A DNA stretch of 30,759 nucleotides from an uncultured Rhodobacterales bacterium (GCA_964435755.1 CAYTBD010000002.1:1-30759), one strand, 5' to 3'. Positions 1-7,726 are shown, counted from the stretch's first letter. Notes: generated by a model from the sequence alone, not told the origin. A program made the numbers and translations.

Positions 1-2
1 TC

Positions 3-353
3 ACCCACGACATGGGCGTGATCGCCGAGACCGCCGACCGGGTCGCCGTCCTGTACGCCGGTCGCCTCGCCGAGATCGGCCCCGTGCGCGACATCATCGA
101 CCGGCCCGAACACCCCTACACGCAGGGGCTGATGGGGTCGATTCCAGCGATCAGCGACACGGGCGACCGGCTTGTCCAGATCCCCGGCGCGATGCCGCGT
201 CTGGACGCGATCCCGCCAGGCTGTGCCTTCAATCCGCGCTGTCCCCACGCCTTCGACAGGTGCCGGACCGACAGGCCCGAGGCGCTCCACCGGCCGGCTG
301 GTCGGCGCGTGGCGTGCTGGCTCTACGAGGAGGAGAAGGCGGCGCATGGCTGA
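3..353 (+). CDS. Peptide/nickel ABC transporter ATP-binding protein (DppD/OppD-like), C-terminal part; 5' end lies outside the window
   Basis: The frame is open from base 3 (T-H-D-M-G-V, the H-loop), so the track's ATG at 12 is internal. Continues with HPYTQGL and the C-terminal GCAFNPRCP...C...VACW cysteine motif of this ATPase subfamily. Confidence 0.93.
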   Translation, partial: THDMGVIAETADRVAVLYAGRLAEIGPVRDIIDRPEHPYTQGLMGSIPAISDTGDRLVQIPGAMPRLDAIPPGCAFNPRCPHAFDRCRTDRPEALHRPAGRRVACWLYEEEKAAHG

Positions 354-1335
354 GCCACTCCTGCGGATCGAAAACCTCTGGCGGCGCTTCGACGTGTCGA
401 AGCCCTGGCTCAACCGCGTGATCGAACGCGAGGAGCGGCAATTCCTGACAGCGGTGGCCGACGTATCGTTCGACATCAGGAGAGGCGAGACCTTCGCGCT
501 CGTAGGAGAATCCGGGTCGGGCAAGTCCACGATCGCCAAGATGGTCGTCGGGCTTCTCGCGGCGAGCGGCGGGCACATCCGCTTCGACGGCAAGGATCTG
601 ACGGCGCTGTCGCCGTCAGACCTCCGCTCGCAGCGCCGGCGCTTCCAGATGATCTTTCAGGACCCTTACGCGAGCCTCAATCCGCGCTGGCGCGTGGGCG
701 ACATCATCGCCGAACCCTTGCGCACCTTCGGCATCGCCCGCGGCGCGGAGACGTCGCGCGAGGTGGGCCGGCTCCTCGATACCGTCGGGCTCTCTGCCGG
801 AGACGCCGAAAAGTTCCCGCACGAGTTCTCGGGCGGCCAGCGCCAGAGGATAGCGATCGCACGGGCGCTGTCGTCCCGGCCCGAATTCATCGTCTGCGAT
901 GAGCCGACGTCGGCGCTCGACGTCTCGGTGCAGGCGCAGATCCTCAACCTGATGCGGGATCTCCAGGACGAAATGGGCCTCACCTATCTCTTCATCAGCC
1001 ATGACCTGAGCGTGGTGCATCACATGGCCGACAGGATCGGCGTTCTCTACCTCGGTCGCCTGGTCGAGGTCGCGGACGGAAAGGCGCTCTTCCGGGATCC
1101 GCAGCACCCTTACACGCGGATGCTTCTCGACGCGGTTCCCGATCTCGCGGCCGGTGGCCGCGGTCGCAAACGCGTGGAGGGAGAGATCCCGAACCCGATC
1201 GATCCGCCGCCGGGCTGCGCCTTCCATCCGCGCTGTCCCGTGGCGATGACGGTCTGCAGGCAGAGTATTCCTCCGGCCGTCCCCACGAAGACCGGCTTTG
1301 CGGAATGCTTCGCCGTCGCGGAAGAAACGGTCTGA
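346..1335 (+). CDS. Peptide/nickel ABC transporter ATP-binding protein (DppF/OppF-like), 329 aa
   Basis: ATG at 346 follows GAGGAGGAG and overlaps the upstream stop by 8 nt. Walker A GESGSGKST, signature FSGGQRQR, Walker B FIVCDEPT, H-loop ISHDL, C-terminal HPYT and GCAFHPRCP. The track start at 172 is an over-extension. Confidence 0.95.
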   Translation: MAEPLLRIENLWRRFDVSKPWLNRVIEREERQFLTAVADVSFDIRRGETFALVGESGSGKSTIAKMVVGLLAASGGHIRFDGKDLTALSPSDLRSQRRRFQMIFQDPYASLNPRWRVGDIIAEPLRTFGIARGAETSREVGRLLDTVGLSAGDAEKFPHEFSGGQRQRIAIARALSSRPEFIVCDEPTSALDVSVQAQILNLMRDLQDEMGLTYLFISHDLSVVHHMADRIGVLYLGRLVEVADGKALFRDPQHPYTRMLLDAVPDLAAGGRGRKRVEGEIPNPIDPPPGCAFHPRCPVAMTVCRQSIPPAVPTKTGFAECFAVAEETV

Positions 1336-1489
1336 TCGTCACATTCCCGGTACGTCACGGTCCGCGCTCCGGGAACCTATGGATGCTGGGGAATGATCGC
1401 CCGCGTAGTCTGAACTGCCGAGGCCGGCACTGTCTTGTCTGCGCCATCAATCCCTAGCCACCGCGACTTCCGGCCCCACAAGATCGTTC

Positions 1490-1514
1490 GGAACGGTCCG
1501 TCCCGGCGTGTGTT
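1490..1514 (+). promoter_or_regulatory. Putative sigma-EcfG (general stress ECF) promoter GGAAC-N16-TGTT
   Basis: GGAAC at 1490-1494, 16-nt spacer, TGTT at 1511-1514; 30 nt upstream of the ATG at 1545. One mismatch to GGAAC-N16/17-CGTT. Confidence 0.6.
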
Positions 1515-1544
1515 GGACACCCGAACGGAAACAGGAGTTCACTC

Positions 1545-1697
1545 ATGGACATCGACATTCTGATCATCTTTCTGGCCCTGTTCACGCTGCTCGCCGTGCT
1601 CGTTTTCGCGCTTGTCAGCAAACGCCGCACCGAGAAGAGGATGCGGGACGAGAACGCGCCGAAGTCCACTCTGGCCAAGGACGCCCCGGACAAGTGA
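1545..1697 (+). CDS. Small single-TM membrane protein, 50 aa (MDIDILIIFLALFTLLAVLVFALVSKRRTEKRMRDENAPKSTLAKDAPDK); absent from the ORF track
   Basis: Translated by hand. Strong RBS ACAGGAG 7 nt before the ATG, one ~20-aa hydrophobic helix followed by a basic KRR, TGA at 1695-1697, promoter motif upstream. Confidence 0.82.
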   Translation: MDIDILIIFLALFTLLAVLVFALVSKRRTEKRMRDENAPKSTLAKDAPDK

Positions 1698-1828
1698 GCG
1701 GCGCCGGTCGCCCGTGGCCGGGCGATCCGGAACGACGATGGTTCCCGGGACGGCTGCCGGGAGGCATGTGACTGATGTGCGCGGCCTGCCCGCGCGGCGC
1801 TCTTGGAGTTTCACGGAGACATGCTGCG

Positions 1829-2479
1829 TCAGCCTTCCTTGAACAGGGAATTCAGGTCCTCCGTGGCGTCTTCCTTCGCGATCAGCACGAGGCGGTCGCC
1901 TTCGGCGAGCACGATGTCGTCTTCCGCCATCTGTTCGTCGTCGCCGCGAATGTGCGCCACCGGACGGGCACCCTCCGGCAAGTCGAGTTCGCCGATGCGC
2001 TTGTCCGCGAGCGTGCCGGGGATCTTGTGCGTCACGATGCGCAGCCCGTGGTGGAGCGTCTGGTCGGTTTCGACCTCGCTGTGCTGCGTCAGCCCCGCCA
2101 CGATCGCCCGTGCGACGCTTTCGTGCGGCGCGATGCGGTCGTCGAGTTCCAGTTGCTCGACCACCGACAGAAGCTCCGGCCGGACGATCTGCGGGACCAC
2201 CCTTTCGTATCCGATCGACCGGGCGACGACGGCGGCCAGGATGTTGACGTTGTCCTCGTTCGTGAGGGCGAGGAGCGCGTCGGAGCCGTCGCCGTAGGCG
2301 GACTGCAGCGTCGAGGGAAGGGTTCCGTCGCCGGCGATCATGCCGCAGTCGAGATCGTCGGCGAGGTCGTCGAGCACGTCGCGCCTTTCGTCGATCAGCA
2401 CGACTTCGTGGCCTTCTTCGATCAGCTTCTTGACGGTCGCGACGCCGAAGCGTGAGGCGCCGAGGACGGTGACGTGCAT
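1829..2479 (-). CDS. trkA: TrkA/KtrA-family K+ uptake regulatory subunit (RCK-N + RCK-C), 216 aa
   Basis: N-terminal Rossmann-like VTVLGASRFG...EVVLID, GDGT, ALTNEDNVNIL, and a C-terminal TrkA_C region (GDRLVLI). RBS GAGGAG; 3 nt downstream of trkH. Confidence 0.92.
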   Translation of the reverse strand: MHVTVLGASRFGVATVKKLIEEGHEVVLIDERRDVLDDLADDLDCGMIAGDGTLPSTLQSAYGDGSDALLALTNEDNVNILAAVVARSIGYERVVPQIVRPELLSVVEQLELDDRIAPHESVARAIVAGLTQHSEVETDQTLHHGLRIVTHKIPGTLADKRIGELDLPEGARPVAHIRGDDEQMAEDDIVLAEGDRLVLIAKEDATEDLNSLFKEG

Positions 2480-2482
2480 GTG

Positions 2483-3943
2483 TTATCTCCTCGATATCCA
2501 GGTGGAGGGCAGGAACAGGACGATGAAGGCGAAGAACTCGAGCCGCCCCAGCATCATCGCGCCGATCGTGAGGACCTTGAGCGCGGCGGGAAGGTCCGGC
2601 CCGATGACGCCCGTGCTGAGGCCCACGCCCGACAGCGCCGAGACGGCGTCGAACAGCGCCACGAGCGGCTCGTGGTCGCCCGCCATCAGCGCGAGCCAGA
2701 ACACGAGGGCGGAAATCAGGTAGATGCCGAGCAGGGCGGTCGCGAGGATGAGCTGGTCCACCTCGGCCCGCTTCCCGCCGATCCTGACATGCGTCACGGC
2801 GCGGTCGGGGAGGCGCAGGCGCAGGAACACGAGCCCGATCATCTTCGCCAGGGTGATCGTCCGCGCCGCCTTGATCCCGCCGGTCGTCGAGCCGACGTCG
2901 CCGCCGAGGACCATCGCGAGGATGAGGAGGATCACGGGCGCCCCGGCGGAGAGGACGGGAGCCGCCGAGAACCCGGCGGTGGTCTGGGCGCTCACGAAGT
3001 TCAGGACGCCGGGGACGAGCCGGGCGGGATCCCAGCCCAGAAGGACGACGTCAGCGGCGGCGAAGATCGCGGCGCCGCCGAAGATGAGCGCCAGTGTGAC
3101 GGGAACGGTGCCTTTGCGCAGCGCGACGCGGGGGCCGCGGCGCAGCGCCTGCGCGTAGAACAGGAGCGATACCGCCCCGGCGACGCAGAGCGCCATCGTG
3201 AAGACCTGACCCGCAAGCGCGTACTCCGCGAGGCTTGTCGGCCGTGGCGTGAAGCCGCCCGTCGAGACCGCCGCGAGGGCGATGAGCGGGCCTTCGAAGC
3301 CCGGCAGCAGGATCAGGCATCCGGCGATGCCGATGGCGGTCAGGGCCGAGTAGCCGATGAGGATCACGCGTGCCTGCACGCGCGTGGAGGCGACGTAGCC
3401 GAGGTCGCCCACGCTCTGCTGCCCCATGACGCGCGCGGCGCGTCCCGCGCCCATCAGCAGCGCGACCCCGGCGACCGAGACGACGACGCCGCCGCACCAT
3501 TGCGTCCACGCGCGCAGGAAGTGACCGGACCAGGGCCAGTCCTCGGTGCCGCGCGCCACGCTGAGGCCGGTCGTCGTGATGCCGGAGACGCCCTCGAAGA
3601 AGCCGTCGAGCGGAGGCATGCCGAGGACGATGAAGCCCGGAAGAATGGCGACCGCGGAGCACACGAAGACCAGCGAGAGCGTGACGACGGCCTCGATGCG
3701 CCGAAGGTCGGCGTCGATCTCGATCCGCCGCGCGATCAGGCCGAGCGCCGCGAGCAGGGCGGCCGGGACAGCCAGCGCGACCGACAGGGCGATTTCGCCC
3801 TCCGCCGCCGCGACGGCCGCAGGCAGGGCGGGGACGACGGCCAGCACGAAGGACTGCTTGACGAGCGCGCGCGCGACGACGCGGCGCCGGGCCGTGACGG
3901 AGGCGGCCGCCTGCCCCCTCTGACCGAGGCCGGTGCGTGTCAT
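2483..3943 (-). CDS. trkH: TrkH/KtrB-family K+ uptake membrane protein, 486 aa
   Basis: Four pore-loop filter motifs (SGITTTGLS, AVSTGGF, SAQTTAGFS, SALSGVGLS), gating loop GGDVGSTTGGIK, C-terminal MMLGRLE. Confidence 0.95.
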   Translation of the reverse strand: MTRTGLGQRGQAAASVTARRRVVARALVKQSFVLAVVPALPAAVAAAEGEIALSVALAVPAALLAALGLIARRIEIDADLRRIEAVVTLSLVFVCSAVAILPGFIVLGMPPLDGFFEGVSGITTTGLSVARGTEDWPWSGHFLRAWTQWCGGVVVSVAGVALLMGAGRAARVMGQQSVGDLGYVASTRVQARVILIGYSALTAIGIAGCLILLPGFEGPLIALAAVSTGGFTPRPTSLAEYALAGQVFTMALCVAGAVSLLFYAQALRRGPRVALRKGTVPVTLALIFGGAAIFAAADVVLLGWDPARLVPGVLNFVSAQTTAGFSAAPVLSAGAPVILLILAMVLGGDVGSTTGGIKAARTITLAKMIGLVFLRLRLPDRAVTHVRIGGKRAEVDQLILATALLGIYLISALVFWLALMAGDHEPLVALFDAVSALSGVGLSTGVIGPDLPAALKVLTIGAMMLGRLEFFAFIVLFLPSTWISRR

Positions 3944-4014
3944 CGGGTTGGACGAGCGGTTTTCACGCGGGATGTCATGCTTTCAGGCGAACGGGCTCCG
4001 GACGAAAAATGCTC

Positions 4015-4040
4015 AACGCCCGGTCGCAGGCGGTTGTTCC
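4015..4040 (-). promoter_or_regulatory. Putative sigma-EcfG promoter GGAAC-N17-CGTT driving trkH-trkA
   Basis: Plus strand has AACG at 4015-4018 and GTTCC at 4036-4040, a perfect GGAAC-N17-CGTT on the minus strand pointing at trkH. Confidence 0.72.
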
Positions 4041-4046
4041 TGAACG

Positions 4047-4071
4047 GGAACCGTCGGGGCGAGGAGGCGTT
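4047..4071 (+). promoter_or_regulatory. Putative sigma-EcfG promoter GGAAC-N16-CGTT driving the FNT-mgtC unit
   Basis: GGAAC at 4047-4051, 16-nt spacer, CGTT at 4068-4071: a perfect consensus match ending 9 nt before the ATG at 4081. Confidence 0.75.
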
Positions 4072-4080
4072 TTCCGTCTC

Positions 4081-4968
4081 ATGGCAGACGAGAACGACAG
4101 CACCTCCGGGGCGCACGAGCCGCCGGACACGATCCGGCACGAGGCGGAGGAACAGTCCGTCTCCAGGGCGACACGGCTGTCGGCGCGGCTCATCTACGAG
4201 GTCATCCGGCGCGACGGCGAGGAAGAACTCGAGCGTCCGGTGCTGTCGCTGGTCTGGTCCGCCATCGCCGCGGGCATTCTCATCAGTTTCTCCGTTCTGG
4301 CGGAGGCCGTGCTCCGGCTGCATCTTCCGGATGCGGACTGGGCGTTTCTTGTCGAGAACCTCGGCTATTCGCTCGGGTTCATGATCGTGATCTTCGGCCG
4401 GATGCAGCTTTTCACCGAGAACACGATCACCACCGTGCTTCCGGTCGTCGCGCGGCCGAACGGCACTCTGCTCTGGCGTATGGTCCGGCTCTGGACGGTC
4501 GTTCTGTCCGCGAACGTGGTGGGCGCGTTGACGGCGTCGGGCTTCCTCGCCGGGACGAATCTGCTCGCGGCCGATCTCGCGCAGGTGCTCGAGGATCTCT
4601 CCTTTCATGCGATGGGGTTCGCGCCGCTGGAGGCGTTCGTGGCCGCCATCCCGGCAGGCGTCATTCTCGCCTCCATCGTGTGGATGATGCCGTCGGCGGA
4701 AGGCAACGCCTTCTTCATCGTCGTGTCGTTCACATGGCTGATCGCCGCGGGCGATTTCGCGCATATCGTCGCGGGATCGGTCGAGATGGGTTACCTCCTC
4801 TGGACGGGACACCTGTCCCTGCAGGACGCGGCGGGAGGCTTCTTCCTGCCGGTTCTCGCCGGGAACGTGATCGGCGGCACGGCGATCTTCACGCTTCTCG
4901 CCTGGGGGCAGGTCAAGCGGGAGGTGGCGCACGAGCCGATCACCGAGGCGCAGGACGGAACTTCCTGA
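4081..4968 (+). CDS. Formate/nitrite transporter (FNT) family protein, YfdC-like, 295 aa
   Basis: SAIAAGILISFS, GRMQLFTENTIT and FAHIVAGS motifs with about 6 TM helices. ATG at 4081 preferred over the track's 3937 because the upstream extension spans the promoter region. Confidence 0.9.
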   Translation: MADENDSTSGAHEPPDTIRHEAEEQSVSRATRLSARLIYEVIRRDGEEELERPVLSLVWSAIAAGILISFSVLAEAVLRLHLPDADWAFLVENLGYSLGFMIVIFGRMQLFTENTITTVLPVVARPNGTLLWRMVRLWTVVLSANVVGALTASGFLAGTNLLAADLAQVLEDLSFHAMGFAPLEAFVAAIPAGVILASIVWMMPSAEGNAFFIVVSFTWLIAAGDFAHIVAGSVEMGYLLWTGHLSLQDAAGGFFLPVLAGNVIGGTAIFTLLAWGQVKREVAHEPITEAQDGTS

Positions 4969-4990
4969 TCCGGGGGCCGGTTTCCTTCAC

Positions 4991-5521
4991 GTGAACCAGA
5001 TTCTGCAGAACGCGATCGAGGAGCTGACCGGCACCTCCGGCCTGCCGTGGGAGGTCGCGTTCCTGCGCATGATGGGGGCGGTCGTTCTCTGCGGCCTGAT
5101 CGGCTTCGAGCGCGAGGTGCGTGACCGCCCTGCGGGGCTGCGCACTCACATGCTCGTCGGGCTCGCCGCGACGCTCTACTGCCTGATCATGCTGGAACTC
5201 GTCGCCCGCGGCGACACCTCGTCGGATCGCGTCGCGATGGACCCGATCCGGATCGTCGAGGCGGTCACCAGCGGGGTGGCCTTCCTCGCGGCGGGGATGA
5301 TCGTCTTCTCGAAGGGCAAGGTGAAGGGCCTCACCACCGGCGCGAGCCTTTGGCTGACGGCGGCGGTGGGCCTCAGCATCGGGTTGGGCATGTGGCTGAT
5401 GGGCATCCTGACGACGCTTCTCGCCCTGATCGTCATCCGGCTCGTCAAGACGGTCGAACGGCGGACCAAGGCCTGGCTGGGAGGAGACGACGCTTCCGAC
5501 GACACCGGTCAGGGGCCGTAG
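4991..5521 (+). CDS. mgtC: MgtC/SapB family membrane protein (membrane domain only), 176 aa
   Basis: GLIGFERE...PAGLRTHMLV, DPIRIVEAVTSGVAFLAAGMI and GLTTGASLW motifs. GTG start; RBS weak, so the exact start is uncertain. Confidence 0.9.
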   Translation: MNQILQNAIEELTGTSGLPWEVAFLRMMGAVVLCGLIGFEREVRDRPAGLRTHMLVGLAATLYCLIMLELVARGDTSSDRVAMDPIRIVEAVTSGVAFLAAGMIVFSKGKVKGLTTGASLWLTAAVGLSIGLGMWLMGILTTLLALIVIRLVKTVERRTKAWLGGDDASDDTGQGP

Positions 5522-5545
5522 GCCCCGTCCGGCGCCGGCGGTGGA

Positions 5546-5722
5546 TCACTCGCCGTCGATCTCCACCGGAACCGCATCGAATTGCGTGTTGTCGGGATCG
5601 GTCGCGTAGAAGTACCGGATGCCGAGCGTCAGCACCGCGAAGATGACGACCGCGGCGATCGCGATCAGCGCCGGGCGATGTCTGCGTTTCTGCTTCTCGA
5701 GATTTGCGTCGGGGGGTGTCAT
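5546..5722 (-). CDS. Small single-TM protein, 58 aa (MTPPDANLEKQKRRHRPALIAIAAVVIFAVLTLGIRYFYATDPDNTQFDAVPVEIDGE)
   Basis: This is the real tail of the 464-aa shadow ORF 5546..6940. ATG at 5722 is preceded by GGACAGGAGAAGGA; basic N-terminus, one hydrophobic helix, acidic C-terminus. Confidence 0.8.
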   Translation of the reverse strand: MTPPDANLEKQKRRHRPALIAIAAVVIFAVLTLGIRYFYATDPDNTQFDAVPVEIDGE

Positions 5723-5750
5723 TCCTTCTCCTGTCCATTGTTTCGGTCTC

Positions 5751-5775
5751 AACGCCCGAGACGCCGTCTGGGTCC
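5751..5775 (-). promoter_or_regulatory. Putative sigma-EcfG promoter GGACC-N16-CGTT for the 58-aa gene
   Basis: Plus strand AACG at 5751-5754 and GGTCC at 5771-5775. One mismatch in the -35 element; 28 nt upstream of the ATG. Confidence 0.55.
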
Positions 5776-5893
5776 GCTGCGCGTGCCTTGCGCGGCGCGT
5801 GCGGCGCCGAGCGAGGTTGCATCCATGCTCCGCAGGGGCGACAACTCGGCTTACGGGGCGTCTGCGCACCGGAACCGAGGGCGCATGTAGAGA

Positions 5894-6907
5894 ATGACAA
5901 GGGCATTCGTGACCGGAACCGCCGGTTTCATCGGCTTCCACCTCGCCCGACGTCTTCTCGACGAGGGCTTCGATGTGCGCGGCCTCGACGGGATGACGGA
6001 CTACTACGATGTGGCGCTCAAGCGCCGCAGGCATCAGATCCTGCTGCAGAACGAACGCTTCGCCGCGGTCGAGGCGATGCTCGAGGACGAGCCGGCGGTG
6101 TCCCGTGCGATCGACGACTTCGCACCCGACGTGATCGTGCATCTCGCGGCGCAGGCCGGCGTGCGCTACTCGATCGAGAACCCGCGCGCCTATATCGACG
6201 CCAACGTCATCGGAACCTTCAACGTGATGGAGGCCGCGCGGCGCCATGCGGTGCGGCACCTGCTGATGGCCTCGACGTCGTCGGTCTACGGGGCGAACAC
6301 GGACATGCCGTTCGCCGAGACAGACAAGGCGGACACGCAACTGACCATGTATGCCGCGACGAAGAAGGCCAACGAGAGCATGGCGCATGCCTATGCCCAT
6401 CTCTGGAACCTGCCGACGACCATGTTCCGTTTCTTCACCGTCTACGGACCCTGGGGACGTCCCGATCTCGCGCTGTTCAAGTTCGTCGACGCGATCCTCG
6501 ATGGCCGGCCGATCGACATCTACAATCACGGCGAGATGTACCGTGACTTCACCTACGTGGAGGATCTGGTCCGCGGCATCCGGCTGCTGATCGACGCCGT
6601 GCCGGAGCGGCCCGCATCGCCCGGCGACGTTCCCGCGGGAGACAGCCTGTCGCCCGTCGCGCCGTTCCGCATCGTCAACATCGGCAATTCCGAAAAGGTG
6701 CGCCTTCTGGACTTCGTCGATGCGATCGAGGCGGAACTCGGGGTCGAGGCCGTTCGGAACTACATGGAGATCCAGCCGGGCGACGTGCCGGCGACCTGGG
6801 CGGATGCGACGCTCCTGCAGACCCTCACCGGCTATCGTCCGCAGACCGACATCCGCGACGGTATCCGCGCCTTCGTCGGCTGGTTCCGCGACTACTACCA
6901 GAAGTAG
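5894..6907 (+). CDS. NAD-dependent epimerase, UDP-glucuronate 4-epimerase-like (LspL/CapI type), 337 aa
   Basis: GTAGFIG Rossmann motif, HLAAQAGVRYS, ASTSSVYG, catalytic YAATK, RFFTVYGPWGRPD, QPGDV. Confidence 0.93.
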   Translation: MTRAFVTGTAGFIGFHLARRLLDEGFDVRGLDGMTDYYDVALKRRRHQILLQNERFAAVEAMLEDEPAVSRAIDDFAPDVIVHLAAQAGVRYSIENPRAYIDANVIGTFNVMEAARRHAVRHLLMASTSSVYGANTDMPFAETDKADTQLTMYAATKKANESMAHAYAHLWNLPTTMFRFFTVYGPWGRPDLALFKFVDAILDGRPIDIYNHGEMYRDFTYVEDLVRGIRLLIDAVPERPASPGDVPAGDSLSPVAPFRIVNIGNSEKVRLLDFVDAIEAELGVEAVRNYMEIQPGDVPATWADATLLQTLTGYRPQTDIRDGIRAFVGWFRDYYQK

Positions 6908-7054
6908 CGGAGGAGGGCCGACCCGCCGGACCGCCCTCACCCGTGCGATCGCTGCAACACCGGGACGGTCGCGAATCGGCCCGCTCCGCGTCGGGCTTGC
7001 CGACGATGCGATCGTCCGGATAAGCAGAACAAAAGACGAAAGATCGAGCAGACA

Positions 7055-7726
7055 GTGTCACGAATGGACGCCATCGGGGTCGGCCGCGAAACCCGTGCCG
7101 TTTCCCTGACAGAGGGCGCGCTTGTCCGGGCGGTGCCGGGACAGGGTGCTTTGCTGAAGCGTGCCGGGGATGTGGTCCTCGCGGTGACGGCGATGGTGCT
7201 CGTCGGCTCGGTGGCGATCGTCCTCCTCGTTCTCAACCCGTTCCTGAACCCCGGGCGCCTGTTCTTCCGGCAGATCCGGATGGGACAGGGCGGACGGCCG
7301 TTCATGCTCCTGAAATTCCGGACGATGTCGGCGGATCCGGTCGCACTGCGGCCGCATGACGCGCCGCTCGAGATCGACCGGATCACACCGCTGGGGGCTA
7401 TCCTGCGGCGCTACCGGATCGACGAGTTGCCGAATTTCGTCAACGTGCTCCGCGGCGAGATGAGCCTCGTCGGGCCCCGGCCCGACGCGTTCGATCATGC
7501 CTCTGCCTATGCGAGGTCGGTGCCGCATTACCGGGACCGGCTGCTTCGCAAGCCGGGGATCACCGGGCTGGCGCAGGTCCGTTCCGGCTATGCCGACAGC
7601 CCGGGCGCCGTCGCGCGGAAAGTGCGCTACGACCGGTTCTACGCGCGGCGCGCCAGCCTCACGCTCGATATCTTCATCCTGAGAAAGACGGTCGGTGTCG
7701 TGTTGAGCGGGTTCGGGGCGAAATAG
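7055..7726 (+). CDS. Bacterial sugar transferase (priming polyprenyl-phosphate glycosylphosphotransferase, catalytic domain only); start 7055 (GTG) or 7064 (ATG)
   Basis: LKRAGD, FFRQIRMG, KFRTM, RIDELPNFVNVLRGEMSLVGPRP, KPGITGLAQV and YDRFY motifs. Confidence 0.92.
   Translation: MSRMDAIGVGRETRAVSLTEGALVRAVPGQGALLKRAGDVVLAVTAMVLVGSVAIVLLVLNPFLNPGRLFFRQIRMGQGGRPFMLLKFRTMSADPVALRPHDAPLEIDRITPLGAILRRYRIDELPNFVNVLRGEMSLVGPRPDAFDHASAYARSVPHYRDRLLRKPGITGLAQVRSGYADSPGAVARKVRYDRFYARRASLTLDIFILRKTVGVVLSGFGAK

Noticed and set aside
1411-1420. TGAACTGCCG resembling an IS3-type terminus in the 1336-1544 spacer
   Set aside because: Nine-base similarity only, with no transposase remnant or partner end.
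1727-1797. Several short GC hairpins between the convergent 50-aa gene and trkA, including GGAAC-N7-GTTCC
   Set aside because: Stems of 4-6 bp without U-tracts are common at this GC content; cannot support a terminator or sRNA call.
5512-5526. GGGGCC-GTA-GGCCCC hairpin over the mgtC stop codon
   Set aside because: 6-bp stem, 3-nt loop and no U-tract; too weak to call a terminator.
5871-5895. GGAAC upstream of the epimerase (also GGAAC at 1372 and 1729 on +, and 19991-19987 on - before mrpE)
   Set aside because: No CGTT/GTT -10 element at 16-17 nt spacing, so these were not counted as EcfG-type promoters.
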